This document shows, piece by piece, positions 54,997-63,988 of a DNA stretch of 64,000 nt. Source of the DNA: Alphaproteobacteria bacterium. GTDB taxonomy: Bacteria > Pseudomonadota > Alphaproteobacteria > UBA2966. The notes beneath the pieces were generated by a model, which did not search any database, was not told the DNA's origin, and was given only the letters and a program-made list of their open reading frames with translations. Location: the NCBI GenBank assembly GCA_018650465.1, contig JABIFY010000104.1, positions 6,107 to 70,106 of the forward strand. The letters run 5' to 3'. The translations under genes and the position numbers were made by a program. Every line of letters begins with the position of its first letter. Position 1 is the stretch's first letter.

Positions 54997-56839
54997 TTCC
55001 GGGGACTTGACGACAGAGCCCCAAGCCTCAAGCCAGCCTGGCGACCTCACGACAACGGCAGATGTACCTGCCTATGCCCTGACCACAGCCGGCGAAACCC
55101 TGACCTTTGAAACCGATACCGAGATCTTCAAAGAAGGCGCTGCCAGTGATTATGCCTATATCGTCGTTGAAGGCGGGATCGAGCTGACCAAGGATATGAG
55201 TGGCTCGGAAGTTTTCCTGGCCGAAATTGGGCCGGGTGATCTGTTCGGTGAAATGGGTTTGATCGATGGCAGCCTGCGCAGTGCCACGGCGACGAGCCTG
55301 GGCAATACCGTGCTGATGAGAATCGACCGCGAAGAATTGATGCGCAAACTTGGTCAGGAGGGCGACTTCGCTGCGCCCGTACTGGGGCAACTTGTTGCCC
55401 AATTGCGCAATACAAGTGACCGCCTGGCCCACGAGCGCCATTTGACTTTGCAGCGTGCCGCCGAGACGGCGGAATATATAGAGCCCGTCAGCATGGGGCC
55501 TCTTTCCAGGTTGCGCTATTTCTTTGATGCTGAACAGGACTTGATTGAATTCCAGCCGGATGCTGTGGAAATCGACCGCCAGAAATTTCCGGCGGTGGCC
55601 AAGGTCATGCTCTATGTGATTATTTTCTTCATTACCGGCCTGTTTGTCTGGGCGAATTATTCGACCATCGATACGGCTGTGGCTGCTTTCGGCCGTATGA
55701 CGACCAAGGTGCCGAACATCATTGTGCAGCCGTCCGAGACGGCGAAAATCATGACGATCCATGTGCGGGCCGGTGACATTGTCAAAAAAGGCCAGTTGCT
55801 GGCGACACTTGATGCCACAAATGCCCAGTCTGACGCCAATGTCAGCCGAACATCATTATTGCAGATCCGTGCCCAGGAACGTCGATTGGTGGCTGAGAAC
55901 AGCGGCATTGTTATGCCGGGCGGCTTTTCCAAAGATGCCGCCGTAAACAGTTTGCAGCAGGAAATTTTTGATCGCCGTAGAACCCGCCTCGAACAACAGC
56001 AAGCTTCATACGTTGAGCAAATTGAGCAGATCAAATCTGATATCTCGTCGAATGTCCAGGACGCAAAGGATCTGGGTGAACAGGCAGATGTGTTGAAAGA
56101 AATTGAAGCCATGCGGGCGGGTTTGATGAAAAAGGGTGTGGGCAGCCGGGTGAATTACCTCAGCTCAAAACACCAGCGCTTGGCCGTTGACCGCGAGAAG
56201 CGTCGCTTGCTGAGTACGCGCAGAAGTATGGAACATCAACTGAAAGGTCTGCAGGCCGATCGCCAGGCTGCGTTGGCTGAATCGCAATCCAGGGTCGCCC
56301 AGGAACTGGTCGATACCCGCCGCGAACGCGAACGCCTGAGCGAGCAATTGATCAAAAGCGACTATCGGGAAGCTTTGGTCAAACTGACCGCCCCGGCACC
56401 CGGTGTTGTGCTTAAAGTAGCGGAACGCTCTGTCGGCTCCGTTATCCAGCAGGCCGAAATGATGTTTACCATTGTACCGGCAAATGTGCCCGTGGAAATG
56501 GAAGTCGATGTGCAGCCCAAAGACATTGGCTTGATCCAGGTCGGTGATGTTGTGCGTGTCAAACTGGATGCCCTGCCGTTTCAAAAACATGGCATTATCA
56601 AGGGCCGGGTCCGTTTCATAAGTGAAGACGCTGTTCAGACCGAAGGCCGTGAGGCTCGCAGTGTCTATCGTGCCCGTGTGGAACTTTTGAACCGTGATCT
56701 GCGTGAAGTGCCGGACAGTTTCCGACTGACACCGGGTCTGACGGGCAGTGCTGATATCACCGTCGGCAAACGCCGGATCATCACCTACTTTATCTATCCA
56801 CTGGTGCGGGCCTTTGATTCAAGCTTCAAGGAGCCCTGA
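54935..56839 (+). CDS. HlyD-family membrane-fusion (periplasmic adaptor) protein fused to an N-terminal cyclic-nucleotide-binding domain.
   Basis: N-terminal cNMP motif IFKEGAASDYAYIVVEGGIEL...GPGDLFGEMGLIDGSLRSATATS. A single TM is present (VMLYVIIFFITGLFVWA). A long coiled-coil and the HlyD C-terminal beta-domain are present. The start is uncertain: ATG 54935 overlaps the ABC gene by 62 bp, and GTG 54983 is an alternative. Confidence 0.8.
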   Translation: MKFIANFGIPRTRSRTVQQNSSGDLTTEPQASSQPGDLTTTADVPAYALTTAGETLTFETDTEIFKEGAASDYAYIVVEGGIELTKDMSGSEVFLAEIGPGDLFGEMGLIDGSLRSATATSLGNTVLMRIDREELMRKLGQEGDFAAPVLGQLVAQLRNTSDRLAHERHLTLQRAAETAEYIEPVSMGPLSRLRYFFDAEQDLIEFQPDAVEIDRQKFPAVAKVMLYVIIFFITGLFVWANYSTIDTAVAAFGRMTTKVPNIIVQPSETAKIMTIHVRAGDIVKKGQLLATLDATNAQSDANVSRTSLLQIRAQERRLVAENSGIVMPGGFSKDAAVNSLQQEIFDRRRTRLEQQQASYVEQIEQIKSDISSNVQDAKDLGEQADVLKEIEAMRAGLMKKGVGSRVNYLSSKHQRLAVDREKRRLLSTRRSMEHQLKGLQADRQAALAESQSRVAQELVDTRRERERLSEQLIKSDYREALVKLTAPAPGVVLKVAERSVGSVIQQAEMMFTIVPANVPVEMEVDVQPKDIGLIQVGDVVRVKLDALPFQKHGIIKGRVRFISEDAVQTEGREARSVYRARVELLNRDLREVPDSFRLTPGLTGSADITVGKRRIITYFIYPLVRAFDSSFKEP

Positions 56840-57178
56840 ACAATTGACTTGACTTCTCAGGCTTTGGCAGGCTTATAGCGGCCAGCGACACTCCCTTCAG
56901 TTAGATTTCTGATCGCTTGTCAGCCTCGTTGTTCTGAAAAAAACAGAATGATCAAAGGCCAGACGCCGTTTCCTTTTGACATATTTGGGTGTTTCGACAG
57001 ACCAGTTCCGCAACTGCCTGGCCTTGCCAGTCGAACTGAGTCGATTTCTGCGCACCGTGTGCTTGTTGCAGGTCCCTTACCGGACTGGCCGCTCACGAAG
57101 ACAATGACGGGTTGCTGCCATAAATGGCAGGCCGGTTGTAACGCGCATCATGAAATGAATTGAAAGAATTAAGACAAC

Positions 57179-58561
57179 ATGACTGATTTTACGGGCCTTG
57201 AACTGGCCCAACCCCTGCTTCGTGCCATAGAGGGCGAAGGTTATACAACACCCAGCCCCATCCAGGGCAAAGCTATTCCACCCCTGATGTTGGGGCGTGA
57301 TTTGTTGGGCGTTGCCCAGACCGGTACCGGCAAAACCGCCGCTTTTTCCTTACCCTTGTTGCATCGCCTGTGTGGCGGTGACGAAGGCGATGCAGGCCGC
57401 CCGCTGTCGCGCCAGCCCCGGGCGCTGATCCTGGCTCCCACGCGCGAGCTGGCCGGTCAGATCGTTGACAGCCTGAAAACCTACAGTCGCCACATGCAAA
57501 TTCGTACGGCAGTGATTTTTGGTGGTGTTTCCGCCAAACCACAAATCAAGACCATGAATTCCGGTGTGCATATTCTGGTGGCGACACCGGGTCGTTTGCT
57601 TGATCTGATGAACCAGGGTTTTGTGCAACTGGACAAGGTCGAATATTTCATTCTCGATGAAGCCGACCGTATGCTCGACATGGGCTTCCAGCACGACGTC
57701 AAGAAAATCGCTGCCAAGGTACCAGCGCGTCGCCAGACCATGCTGTTTTCGGCCACCATGCCAAAATTAGTTCAGGGCCTGGCCAATAACCTGCTTGATG
57801 ATCCCGTTCGGGTTGAAGCGGCTCCGGCTGCGACGACAGCCGAAAAAGTTGAACAGCAGGTTTTGTTTGTGGCCAGCGACAACAAGCGAAACTTGCTAAG
57901 TCATTTGCTGAAAGATCAAAGCGTTGAACGTGTGCTGGTTTTTACCCGCACCAAACACCGTGCCAACCGGGTTGCCAAACATCTGGTAGATTCAGGCATC
58001 TCGGCAGACGCGATCCACGGCAACAAGGCTCAGAATGCCCGTCAAAGGGCACTTGATGGCTTTAAAAAGGGTAGCATCCGGGTGCTGGTTGCTACAGATA
58101 TTGCCGCCCGTGGCATTGATGTTGATGGCGTGACCCACGTGATTAACTTCGAATTGCCGAATGAACCTGAAAGCTACGTGCATCGTATTGGCCGCACGGC
58201 CCGTGCCGGCGCGGACGGCATCGCCATCTCGTTTTGTGATCACGAAGAACGTGGTTATTTGCGCGACATCGAAAAAACCATCCGCCAGACCGTGACCCTG
58301 GTCGAAGATCACCCTTGGCATGCAGCGGACGTTGCGACCTCTACCGCCAAGCCGCCTGCACCAGGCGGTCGTGGTGGTCGCGGCGGTCGGGGGGGCCAGC
58401 CCAAAAGGCAGGGGCAACCGAAGAAGCATACCGGTCAGGCCCAAAATAATAATTCCGGCCAAAAGCCTGGAAACAGCCCTGGAAATAGTCAGGGTCAAAA
58501 GCCGGGTCAGCGTCGTCGTCGCCCACAAAGGGGTCGCCGACCAACGGGAATGGCGGCCTGA
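57179..58561 (+). CDS. DEAD-box ATP-dependent RNA helicase (RhlE-like) with a Gly/Arg-rich basic C-terminal tail.
   Basis: Q-motif, AQTGTGKT (motif I), DEAD, SAT and HRIGRTAR motifs are present. The tail contains [14 protein letters not shown]. Confidence 0.9.
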   Translation: MTDFTGLELAQPLLRAIEGEGYTTPSPIQGKAIPPLMLGRDLLGVAQTGTGKTAAFSLPLLHRLCGGDEGDAGRPLSRQPRALILAPTRELAGQIVDSLKTYSRHMQIRTAVIFGGVSAKPQIKTMNSGVHILVATPGRLLDLMNQGFVQLDKVEYFILDEADRMLDMGFQHDVKKIAAKVPARRQTMLFSATMPKLVQGLANNLLDDPVRVEAAPAATTAEKVEQQVLFVASDNKRNLLSHLLKDQSVERVLVFTRTKHRANRVAKHLVDSGISADAIHGNKAQNARQRALDGFKKGSIRVLVATDIAARGIDVDGVTHVINFELPNEPESYVHRIGRTARAGADGIAISFCDHEERGYLRDIEKTIRQTVTLVEDHPWHAADVATSTAKPPAPGGRGGRGGRGGQPKRQGQPKKHTGQAQNNNSGQKPGNSPGNSQGQKPGQRRRRPQRGRRPTGMAA

Positions 58562-58756
58562 CAAGCGCTCAAGGCAACAAAATAAATAATTTGTTAACCC
58601 TGTTAAGGCCATATTCGTCAGATATTTCTTTATAGAACTCGCAGTTGGGGGCTATATTTAAAGCTTATTCCTGGTGACCTCACAGGCTGGATGCCATGCT
58701 GTGACGTTGCCGGAAACGCTTGTTGTTCCAACCTGATCTGGCAGGATTGAAGACTT

Positions 58757-59782
58757 ATGGCTAAAGCGCCTGGCAAAGACGCCCTGAATAATATCTCCGG
58801 TCCACAAAAGGCCGCCATCATGATGTTGGCGATCGGTGAGGATCGTTCTGCGCGCATGTTTGGCATGATGGACGAGGAAGAGATCAAAGAACTTTCTCAA
58901 GCCATGGCCAATCTGGGTGCCATTGATGCCAATGTCGTTGAGCGTTTGTTCCAGGATTTTGCGGCGCAATTGTCGGGGACAGGTTCATTAGTGGGCTCCC
59001 TGCAAAGTACAGAACGCCTGTTGAGCAAAACTTTGACCAAGGAACAGGTCTCGTCGATCATGGAAGATATCCGTGGTCCGGCTGGTCGAACCATGTGGGA
59101 CAAGCTGGGCAATGTGAACGAAGACGTTCTCGCCAGTTATCTGAAAAACGAATATCCACAAACCGTTGCCGTGGTGTTGGGCAAGCTGAAGGCCGAACAG
59201 GCTGCTTCCGTTTTGGTGGCCTTGCCGGATGAATTTTCGGCTGAAGTTATTATGCGCATGCTGAGCATGGAGGTTGTGCGCAAGGAAATCCTCGAAGGTG
59301 TTGAGCAAACCCTGCGACAGGAATTCATGAGCAACCTGGCCCGCACCAACCAGCGCGACAGTCATGAAGTCATGGCGGACATTTTCAACAACCTGGATCG
59401 CGCTTCGGAAGAGCGCTTTATGAATTCGCTGGAAGAACGCAGCCGGGATTCAGCGGAAAAAATTCGCTCGCTGATGTTCACCTTTGATGACCTCGCCAAG
59501 CTGGATGCCAACGGTGTTCAGACCTTGCTGCGCCACATCGAAAAAGCCAAGCTGGCGATCGCCCTGAAGGGGGCCGGGGACGAAATCAAGGATATGTTCT
59601 TCAGCAATATGTCGGAACGTCAGGGCAAGATCCTGCGCGAAGATATGGAGAACATGGGCCCTGTACGCCTCTCGGAAGTCGACGAAGCCCAGATGGGCAT
59701 GGTCACAAAGGCCAAAGAACTGGCCACCAGCGGCGAAATCGTCATTGCCGACGCCAAGGGCGAAGACGAGATGATTTATTAG
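58757..59782 (+). CDS. fliG: Flagellar motor switch protein FliG.
   Basis: The protein is 341 aa. FliG middle and C domains are recognisable (VAVVLGKLKAEQAASVL; MFTFDDLAKLDANGVQTLLR; EDMENMGPVRLSEVDEAQ). Confidence 0.78.
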   Translation: MAKAPGKDALNNISGPQKAAIMMLAIGEDRSARMFGMMDEEEIKELSQAMANLGAIDANVVERLFQDFAAQLSGTGSLVGSLQSTERLLSKTLTKEQVSSIMEDIRGPAGRTMWDKLGNVNEDVLASYLKNEYPQTVAVVLGKLKAEQAASVLVALPDEFSAEVIMRMLSMEVVRKEILEGVEQTLRQEFMSNLARTNQRDSHEVMADIFNNLDRASEERFMNSLEERSRDSAEKIRSLMFTFDDLAKLDANGVQTLLRHIEKAKLAIALKGAGDEIKDMFFSNMSERQGKILREDMENMGPVRLSEVDEAQMGMVTKAKELATSGEIVIADAKGEDEMIY

Positions 59783-59795
59783 AGCCAGCGTTGTC

Positions 59796-60698
59796 TCAGA
59801 AATTTATCGTCGCGTCTGCCCGCAGTCTTTCGACCATATAGTCCACAAAAGACCGGATTTTTGCCGATACCCGGCGGCCTTGTCCGTGCAGGACGTGGAT
59901 CGGCAGCGGTTCGGTCTCAAATTCTTCCAACACTGTTTGTAATTGCCCTTCGGCCAGATGGGCCGCGACTTGATAAGACATCAGGCGCGACAAGCCCCAT
60001 CCACGTAAAGCCAGTTCTATAACCGCATCATTGGTATTCATGCGCAAGCGCTGATCAATCTTGACGGACAGCGGTTTGCCCTTGTCCTGGAATGCCCAGT
60101 CGCCACCTGCACCGATGGCCAGGGAATGGATCAGGCGATGGTCCGTCAGGTCGCGGGGCCGTTGCGGGATTCCATAACGTGCCAGGTATTCGGGCGCCGC
60201 AAACATCACCCGTCGGACAACACCGACCCGAATGGCAGACAGGGATGAGTCCGGTAAATCGCCAATGCGAATGGCCACATCCAGGCCTTCGTCCATCAAG
60301 TTGACCACCCGATCTACAAACATGGTTTCAGCGTTCACCTGGGCATACTGATTCAGATAATCACCAAGGATCGGCGTCACATATAGTCGCCCGAACAGGA
60401 CCGGTGCGGTGATACGCAACTCTCCGCGCGGTGCCGCGTGCGATCCGACGGCTGCCTCTTCGGCTTCCGCCAGGTCCGTCAAGATGCGCTTTGCATCACC
60501 CAGGAAACGCATCCCCGTTTCGGTTAACCTGACCGACCGGGTCGTGCGTACAAACAGGCGTGCACCCAAGCGGTCTTCCAACCCGGCAATGGCCCGCGTG
60601 ACACCAGGGGGTGACAGGCCCAGGTCGCGTGAAGCGGCCGCAAATCCGCCCAGTTCAGCGACTTTGACAAATATTTGAAGGGCCTGAAAGCGATCCAT
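59796..60698 (-). CDS. LysR-family transcriptional regulator.
   Basis: N-terminal HTH (MDRFQALQIFVKVAELGGFAAASRDLGLSPPGVTRAIAGLE) and a LysR substrate-binding domain are present. Confidence 0.85.
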   Translation of the reverse strand: MDRFQALQIFVKVAELGGFAAASRDLGLSPPGVTRAIAGLEDRLGARLFVRTTRSVRLTETGMRFLGDAKRILTDLAEAEEAAVGSHAAPRGELRITAPVLFGRLYVTPILGDYLNQYAQVNAETMFVDRVVNLMDEGLDVAIRIGDLPDSSLSAIRVGVVRRVMFAAPEYLARYGIPQRPRDLTDHRLIHSLAIGAGGDWAFQDKGKPLSVKIDQRLRMNTNDAVIELALRGWGLSRLMSYQVAAHLAEGQLQTVLEEFETEPLPIHVLHGQGRRVSAKIRSFVDYMVERLRADATINF

Positions 60699-60703
60699 AT
60701 TAT

Positions 60704-60758
60704 TTCATATATGATAATAGTAAGTTGTAAAAATATCATATTCATAAAAATTATGAAA
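60704..60758. promoter_or_regulatory. AT-rich divergent promoter region carrying dyad-symmetric elements. ATGATA-N17-TATCAT lies at 60711-60739. TTCATA and TATGAA half-sites also occur. These are candidate LysR operator sites.
   Basis: Read directly. The region lies between the LysR gene (-) and the PNPOx-like gene (+). Confidence 0.4.
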
Positions 60759-60805
60759 CAAACTATTTTTTGTCCAACGCCACGCTAATCAGGACAGGAA
60801 AGATC

Positions 60806-61384
60806 ATGGCTCGACGATTTGCAGAGATTACCTTCACGCCGTCAGTTGTTGCGGCTCAAACCCTTTATGGCAGCCGGACTTCAAACCAGCGGTTTGAAGT
60901 CATTGAAGAAGATGGCGACCCCCTGGGCGAAGCTGAAGCCCGGTTCATTGAAGCACGGGATGGCTTTTATCAGGCCACGGTCAATGAAGAAGGCTGGCCC
61001 TATGTTCAGTTTCGCGGTGGACCAGCCGGGTTTTTGAAGGTTTTGGATGCAAAGACCATTGGCTATGCCGATTTTCGCGGCAACATTCAGTATCTCAGCG
61101 TCGGCAACATGAACGCCAATGACCGGGTTTCCCTGATCCTGATGGATTACGCCAATCGCCGACGGCTGAAAATCTGGGCCCGTGCCCGTATCGTACACAC
61201 GCAGCAAAACCCGGAGCTGTTGGCGCAATTGGAAGTGCCGGACTACAAGGCTCGTGTCGAGCGGGCCGTGGTTTTGACCGTCGAAGCTGCGGACTGGAAC
61301 TGCCCGCAACATATCACGCCGCGCTTTACCATGGCTGAGATCGAAGCTATCGCCGCCTCGCAGGACCCGCCCGAGAGAATCTAA
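60806..61384 (+). CDS. Pyridoxamine 5'-phosphate oxidase-like FMN-binding split-barrel protein.
   Basis: PNPOx-like fold pattern. I placed the start at ATG 60806 after an AGGAAAG ribosome-binding site. The track ORF begins at TTG 60770. Confidence 0.65.
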   Translation: MARRFAEITFTPSVVAAQTLYGSRTSNQRFEVIEEDGDPLGEAEARFIEARDGFYQATVNEEGWPYVQFRGGPAGFLKVLDAKTIGYADFRGNIQYLSVGNMNANDRVSLILMDYANRRRLKIWARARIVHTQQNPELLAQLEVPDYKARVERAVVLTVEAADWNCPQHITPRFTMAEIEAIAASQDPPERI

Positions 61385-61414
61385 CTAGCGAGAGAATCTA
61401 ACTAGCGAGAGAAT
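61372..61414. repeat. 17-bp tandem repeat (GAGAGAATCTAACTAGC x2 plus a 9-bp partial third copy). The first copy contains the last codons and the TAA stop of the upstream gene.
   Basis: Read directly from the sequence. Confidence 0.7.
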
Positions 61415-61479
61415 TTGACGGACGGGATATCCTTGCGGCGGTCGCTGGATTATTCTTTGCCCCAAGGGATAAGCAAAAG

Positions 61480-62667
61480 GTGGCATCAACAATGGTCGAC
61501 GATAATCAAGCAGCGGACTTTTTGTCCATAGATGAATTGCCGCTGAAGGGCGTGCGGGTGCTGGAATTTTGCCATATCGCAGCCGGTCCCTTTGCCGCCA
61601 TGACCCTGGCAGATCTCGGGGCTGAGGTCATCAAGATCGAAAGTCCCGGCGGTGATGGCATGCGTCAATGGCCGCCCATTAACGAAGGTTTCAGCGAAAA
61701 CTTCGCTTCCATTAACCGCAATAAATATTCGATCTCGGCCAATCTGAAAGACCCGGGCGAGCGTGACAAGGTGCTGGACATGATTGAGAGCGCCGACATT
61801 TTGCTGGAAAACAATCGCCCTGGTGTCATGAACCGGCTGGGCCTTGGACCGGACCAAGCCATGGCCCGCAATCCGGCCCTGGTCTATTGCTCCATTTCAG
61901 CCTTCGGCCAAAGTGGTCCTCGTGCTACCCAGGGGGGCTTTGATGTCACCATTCAGGCGGTATCCGGCATCATGAGCGTGACGGGCGAGCCCGATGGTGC
62001 ACCGGTCAAGGCGGGCGTGCCCATGTCAGATATGGCGTCGGGCCTCTATGCCACAACGGCTTGTCTTGCTGCCCTGATGAAAGCACGGGCGACCGGCGTG
62101 GGCAGTGTCGTGGATATTTCCATGTTGGCGTCGTCTCTTGGTGTTGCGGCCCTGCAGACCAGCGAGTGGTTTGGATCGGGCAAATTGCCCAAGGCCCTGG
62201 GGTCGGCCCATCCGCGTAATGCCCCTTATCAAGGCTTTGAGTCTGCCGACCGGCCTTTTGTCATGGCGGCAGGCAATGACAATCTTTGGCAAAAAGTTTG
62301 TGGCGTTGTCGATTTGCCTGGCCTGTTAGAAGAACCGATGTTCAAAACCAACAGTGATCGGGCGACAAATCAGGTGGCCCTGAAGGCACAGCTGGAAGCC
62401 GTTTTTGTCTCCCAGCCAGCCGCCCATTGGGTCGCGGCCTTCAGCGCGGAAGGTGTGCCCGCCGTGCTGATCAATAATTATCAGGAAGCCCTGGAAGATG
62501 AGCAAACACAGGCCATGAACCTGGTGCAACCGCTTACCCTGGGTAACGGGCAGGAGACTTTGACCGTGGGGCCAACCATTCGTCTTGGCAACAAGGCCTT
62601 GCCGATCCGGCGTGGACCGCCGGCACTTGGTCAGGATAACGACCTGCTGACGGGGCCAAAAAAATGA
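61480..62667 (+). CDS. Family III CoA-transferase (CaiB/BaiF, formyl-CoA-transferase-like).
   Basis: An N-terminal LEFCHIAAGPFAAMTLADLGAEVIKIE pattern is present. The catalytic Asp region is recognisable. Confidence 0.85.
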   Translation: MASTMVDDNQAADFLSIDELPLKGVRVLEFCHIAAGPFAAMTLADLGAEVIKIESPGGDGMRQWPPINEGFSENFASINRNKYSISANLKDPGERDKVLDMIESADILLENNRPGVMNRLGLGPDQAMARNPALVYCSISAFGQSGPRATQGGFDVTIQAVSGIMSVTGEPDGAPVKAGVPMSDMASGLYATTACLAALMKARATGVGSVVDISMLASSLGVAALQTSEWFGSGKLPKALGSAHPRNAPYQGFESADRPFVMAAGNDNLWQKVCGVVDLPGLLEEPMFKTNSDRATNQVALKAQLEAVFVSQPAAHWVAAFSAEGVPAVLINNYQEALEDEQTQAMNLVQPLTLGNGQETLTVGPTIRLGNKALPIRRGPPALGQDNDLLTGPKK

Positions 62668-63221
62668 ATAACGTTTTCACAGACTATGTCGCCGCTTGTC
62701 ATTCAGCCCTGGAATTGACGACGGAAGGACAGGTAATTGACGCCGTTCAACAGGCCCTGATCCCTTTGTTGGCCTCGGATAGCTGGCTGCCAGCCAGTCA
62801 TGCGACACCCAAGCCAGATGGCTATGGCCAGTTTCCCTTATACATCGACCCGGATGATCGCCTGAGCATCGTGAGCTTCGTCTGGGGGCCATTGCAGAAC
62901 ACACCGGTGCACGACCATTGTGTTTGGGGCGTGGTCGGTGTTCTGCGCGGCGAGGAAACATCCAAAGATTTTGTTCAGGGGGATACCGGGCTTGTGGAAT
63001 CCCGTCGTTCTGTTTGTTTGCCAGGTGATATTCTTGCCGTATCGCCCTCAATCGGTGATATTCATTGGGTCGGTAACGAATCTGCCGATGACTATGCCAT
63101 CAGCATCCATACCTATGGCGGCAACATCGGCAAAGTGCAGCGCCATGTTTTTGATCCTGATACAGGTATGGCGCGCGATTTTGTTTCAGGGTATGAACCT
63201 GTGGCACCGATCCTGACCTGA
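62664..63221 (+). CDS. Cupin-fold protein, cysteine-dioxygenase type I-like (thiol dioxygenase family).
   Basis: Three-His cupin pattern HDH...H (TPVHDHCVWGVVGVL...IHTYG). The start overlaps the upstream stop. Confidence 0.6.
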   Translation: MNNVFTDYVAACHSALELTTEGQVIDAVQQALIPLLASDSWLPASHATPKPDGYGQFPLYIDPDDRLSIVSFVWGPLQNTPVHDHCVWGVVGVLRGEETSKDFVQGDTGLVESRRSVCLPGDILAVSPSIGDIHWVGNESADDYAISIHTYGGNIGKVQRHVFDPDTGMARDFVSGYEPVAPILT

Positions 63222-63247
63222 CCCCTACTTGCGCTAACGGACCTCAG

Positions 63248-63988
63248 ATGAACGCCATCGAAGTTTCCCGAAAGTCATCCGTGATGACGATCACCCTGAA
63301 CAACCCGGACCGGGGCAATGCCTTGTCGCCGAGCATGGTTCAGGAAATAAATCAGGCCTTGGACAGGGCCGAGGCCAAAAGCCAGGCGCTGGTTGTCTTC
63401 CAGGGTGCGGGCAAACATTTTTGCACTGGGTTCGACCTTTCTGACCTGGCGGATGTGGATGACGATATCTTGTTGTCGCGCATCATCCAGATTGAACTGC
63501 TGTTGGCGCGCATCTGGTCGGCACCTTTTTTGACATTGGCCCTTGCGAAGGGCCGGACGTTCGGGGCCGGGGCTGATCTTGTTGCTTCCTGTGACCGGCG
63601 CTTTGCACAAACCGGTGCCAGTTTCAGTTTCCCGGGTGCCGCTTTTGGCCTGGTGCTTGGCACCCGACGTCTGGGGGAACGGATTGGCCGCGATACCGCC
63701 CAAAATCTGATCCTGTCCGGCGGTTTCCTGTCGGACATAGACAGTTTGAAAGCGGGATTACTGCATGATCTTGTCAGCCTCCCTGACGAAATCGAAGCCC
63801 TGATCGAGACCGAGACGGTCACAGCCAGACGTCTGAACGAAGTCACACGCCGGCAAATCAGTCAGGCTTTGAATCCGGACATTGCGGCTTTGGACAATGA
63901 CCTTGCCAACCTTGTCCGTTCAGCCAGCGTACCTGGCCTCAAAAAACGTATCGAGGATTATCGCGCGAGTGTGATGGCGGCTCGATGA
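63248..63988 (+). CDS. Enoyl-CoA hydratase/isomerase family protein.
   Basis: Crotonase fold. GAGKHFCTGFDL and FGAGADL oxyanion-hole segments are present. Confidence 0.75.
   Translation: MNAIEVSRKSSVMTITLNNPDRGNALSPSMVQEINQALDRAEAKSQALVVFQGAGKHFCTGFDLSDLADVDDDILLSRIIQIELLLARIWSAPFLTLALAKGRTFGAGADLVASCDRRFAQTGASFSFPGAAFGLVLGTRRLGERIGRDTAQNLILSGGFLSDIDSLKAGLLHDLVSLPDEIEALIETETVTARRLNEVTRRQISQALNPDIAALDNDLANLVRSASVPGLKKRIEDYRASVMAAR

Noticed and set aside
56840-57178. 71-aa ORF (56948..57163) in the 339-bp region upstream of the DEAD-box helicase
   Set aside because: It has no ribosome-binding site and its composition is Cys/His-rich and random-looking. The region is more likely a long 5' UTR of the helicase gene.
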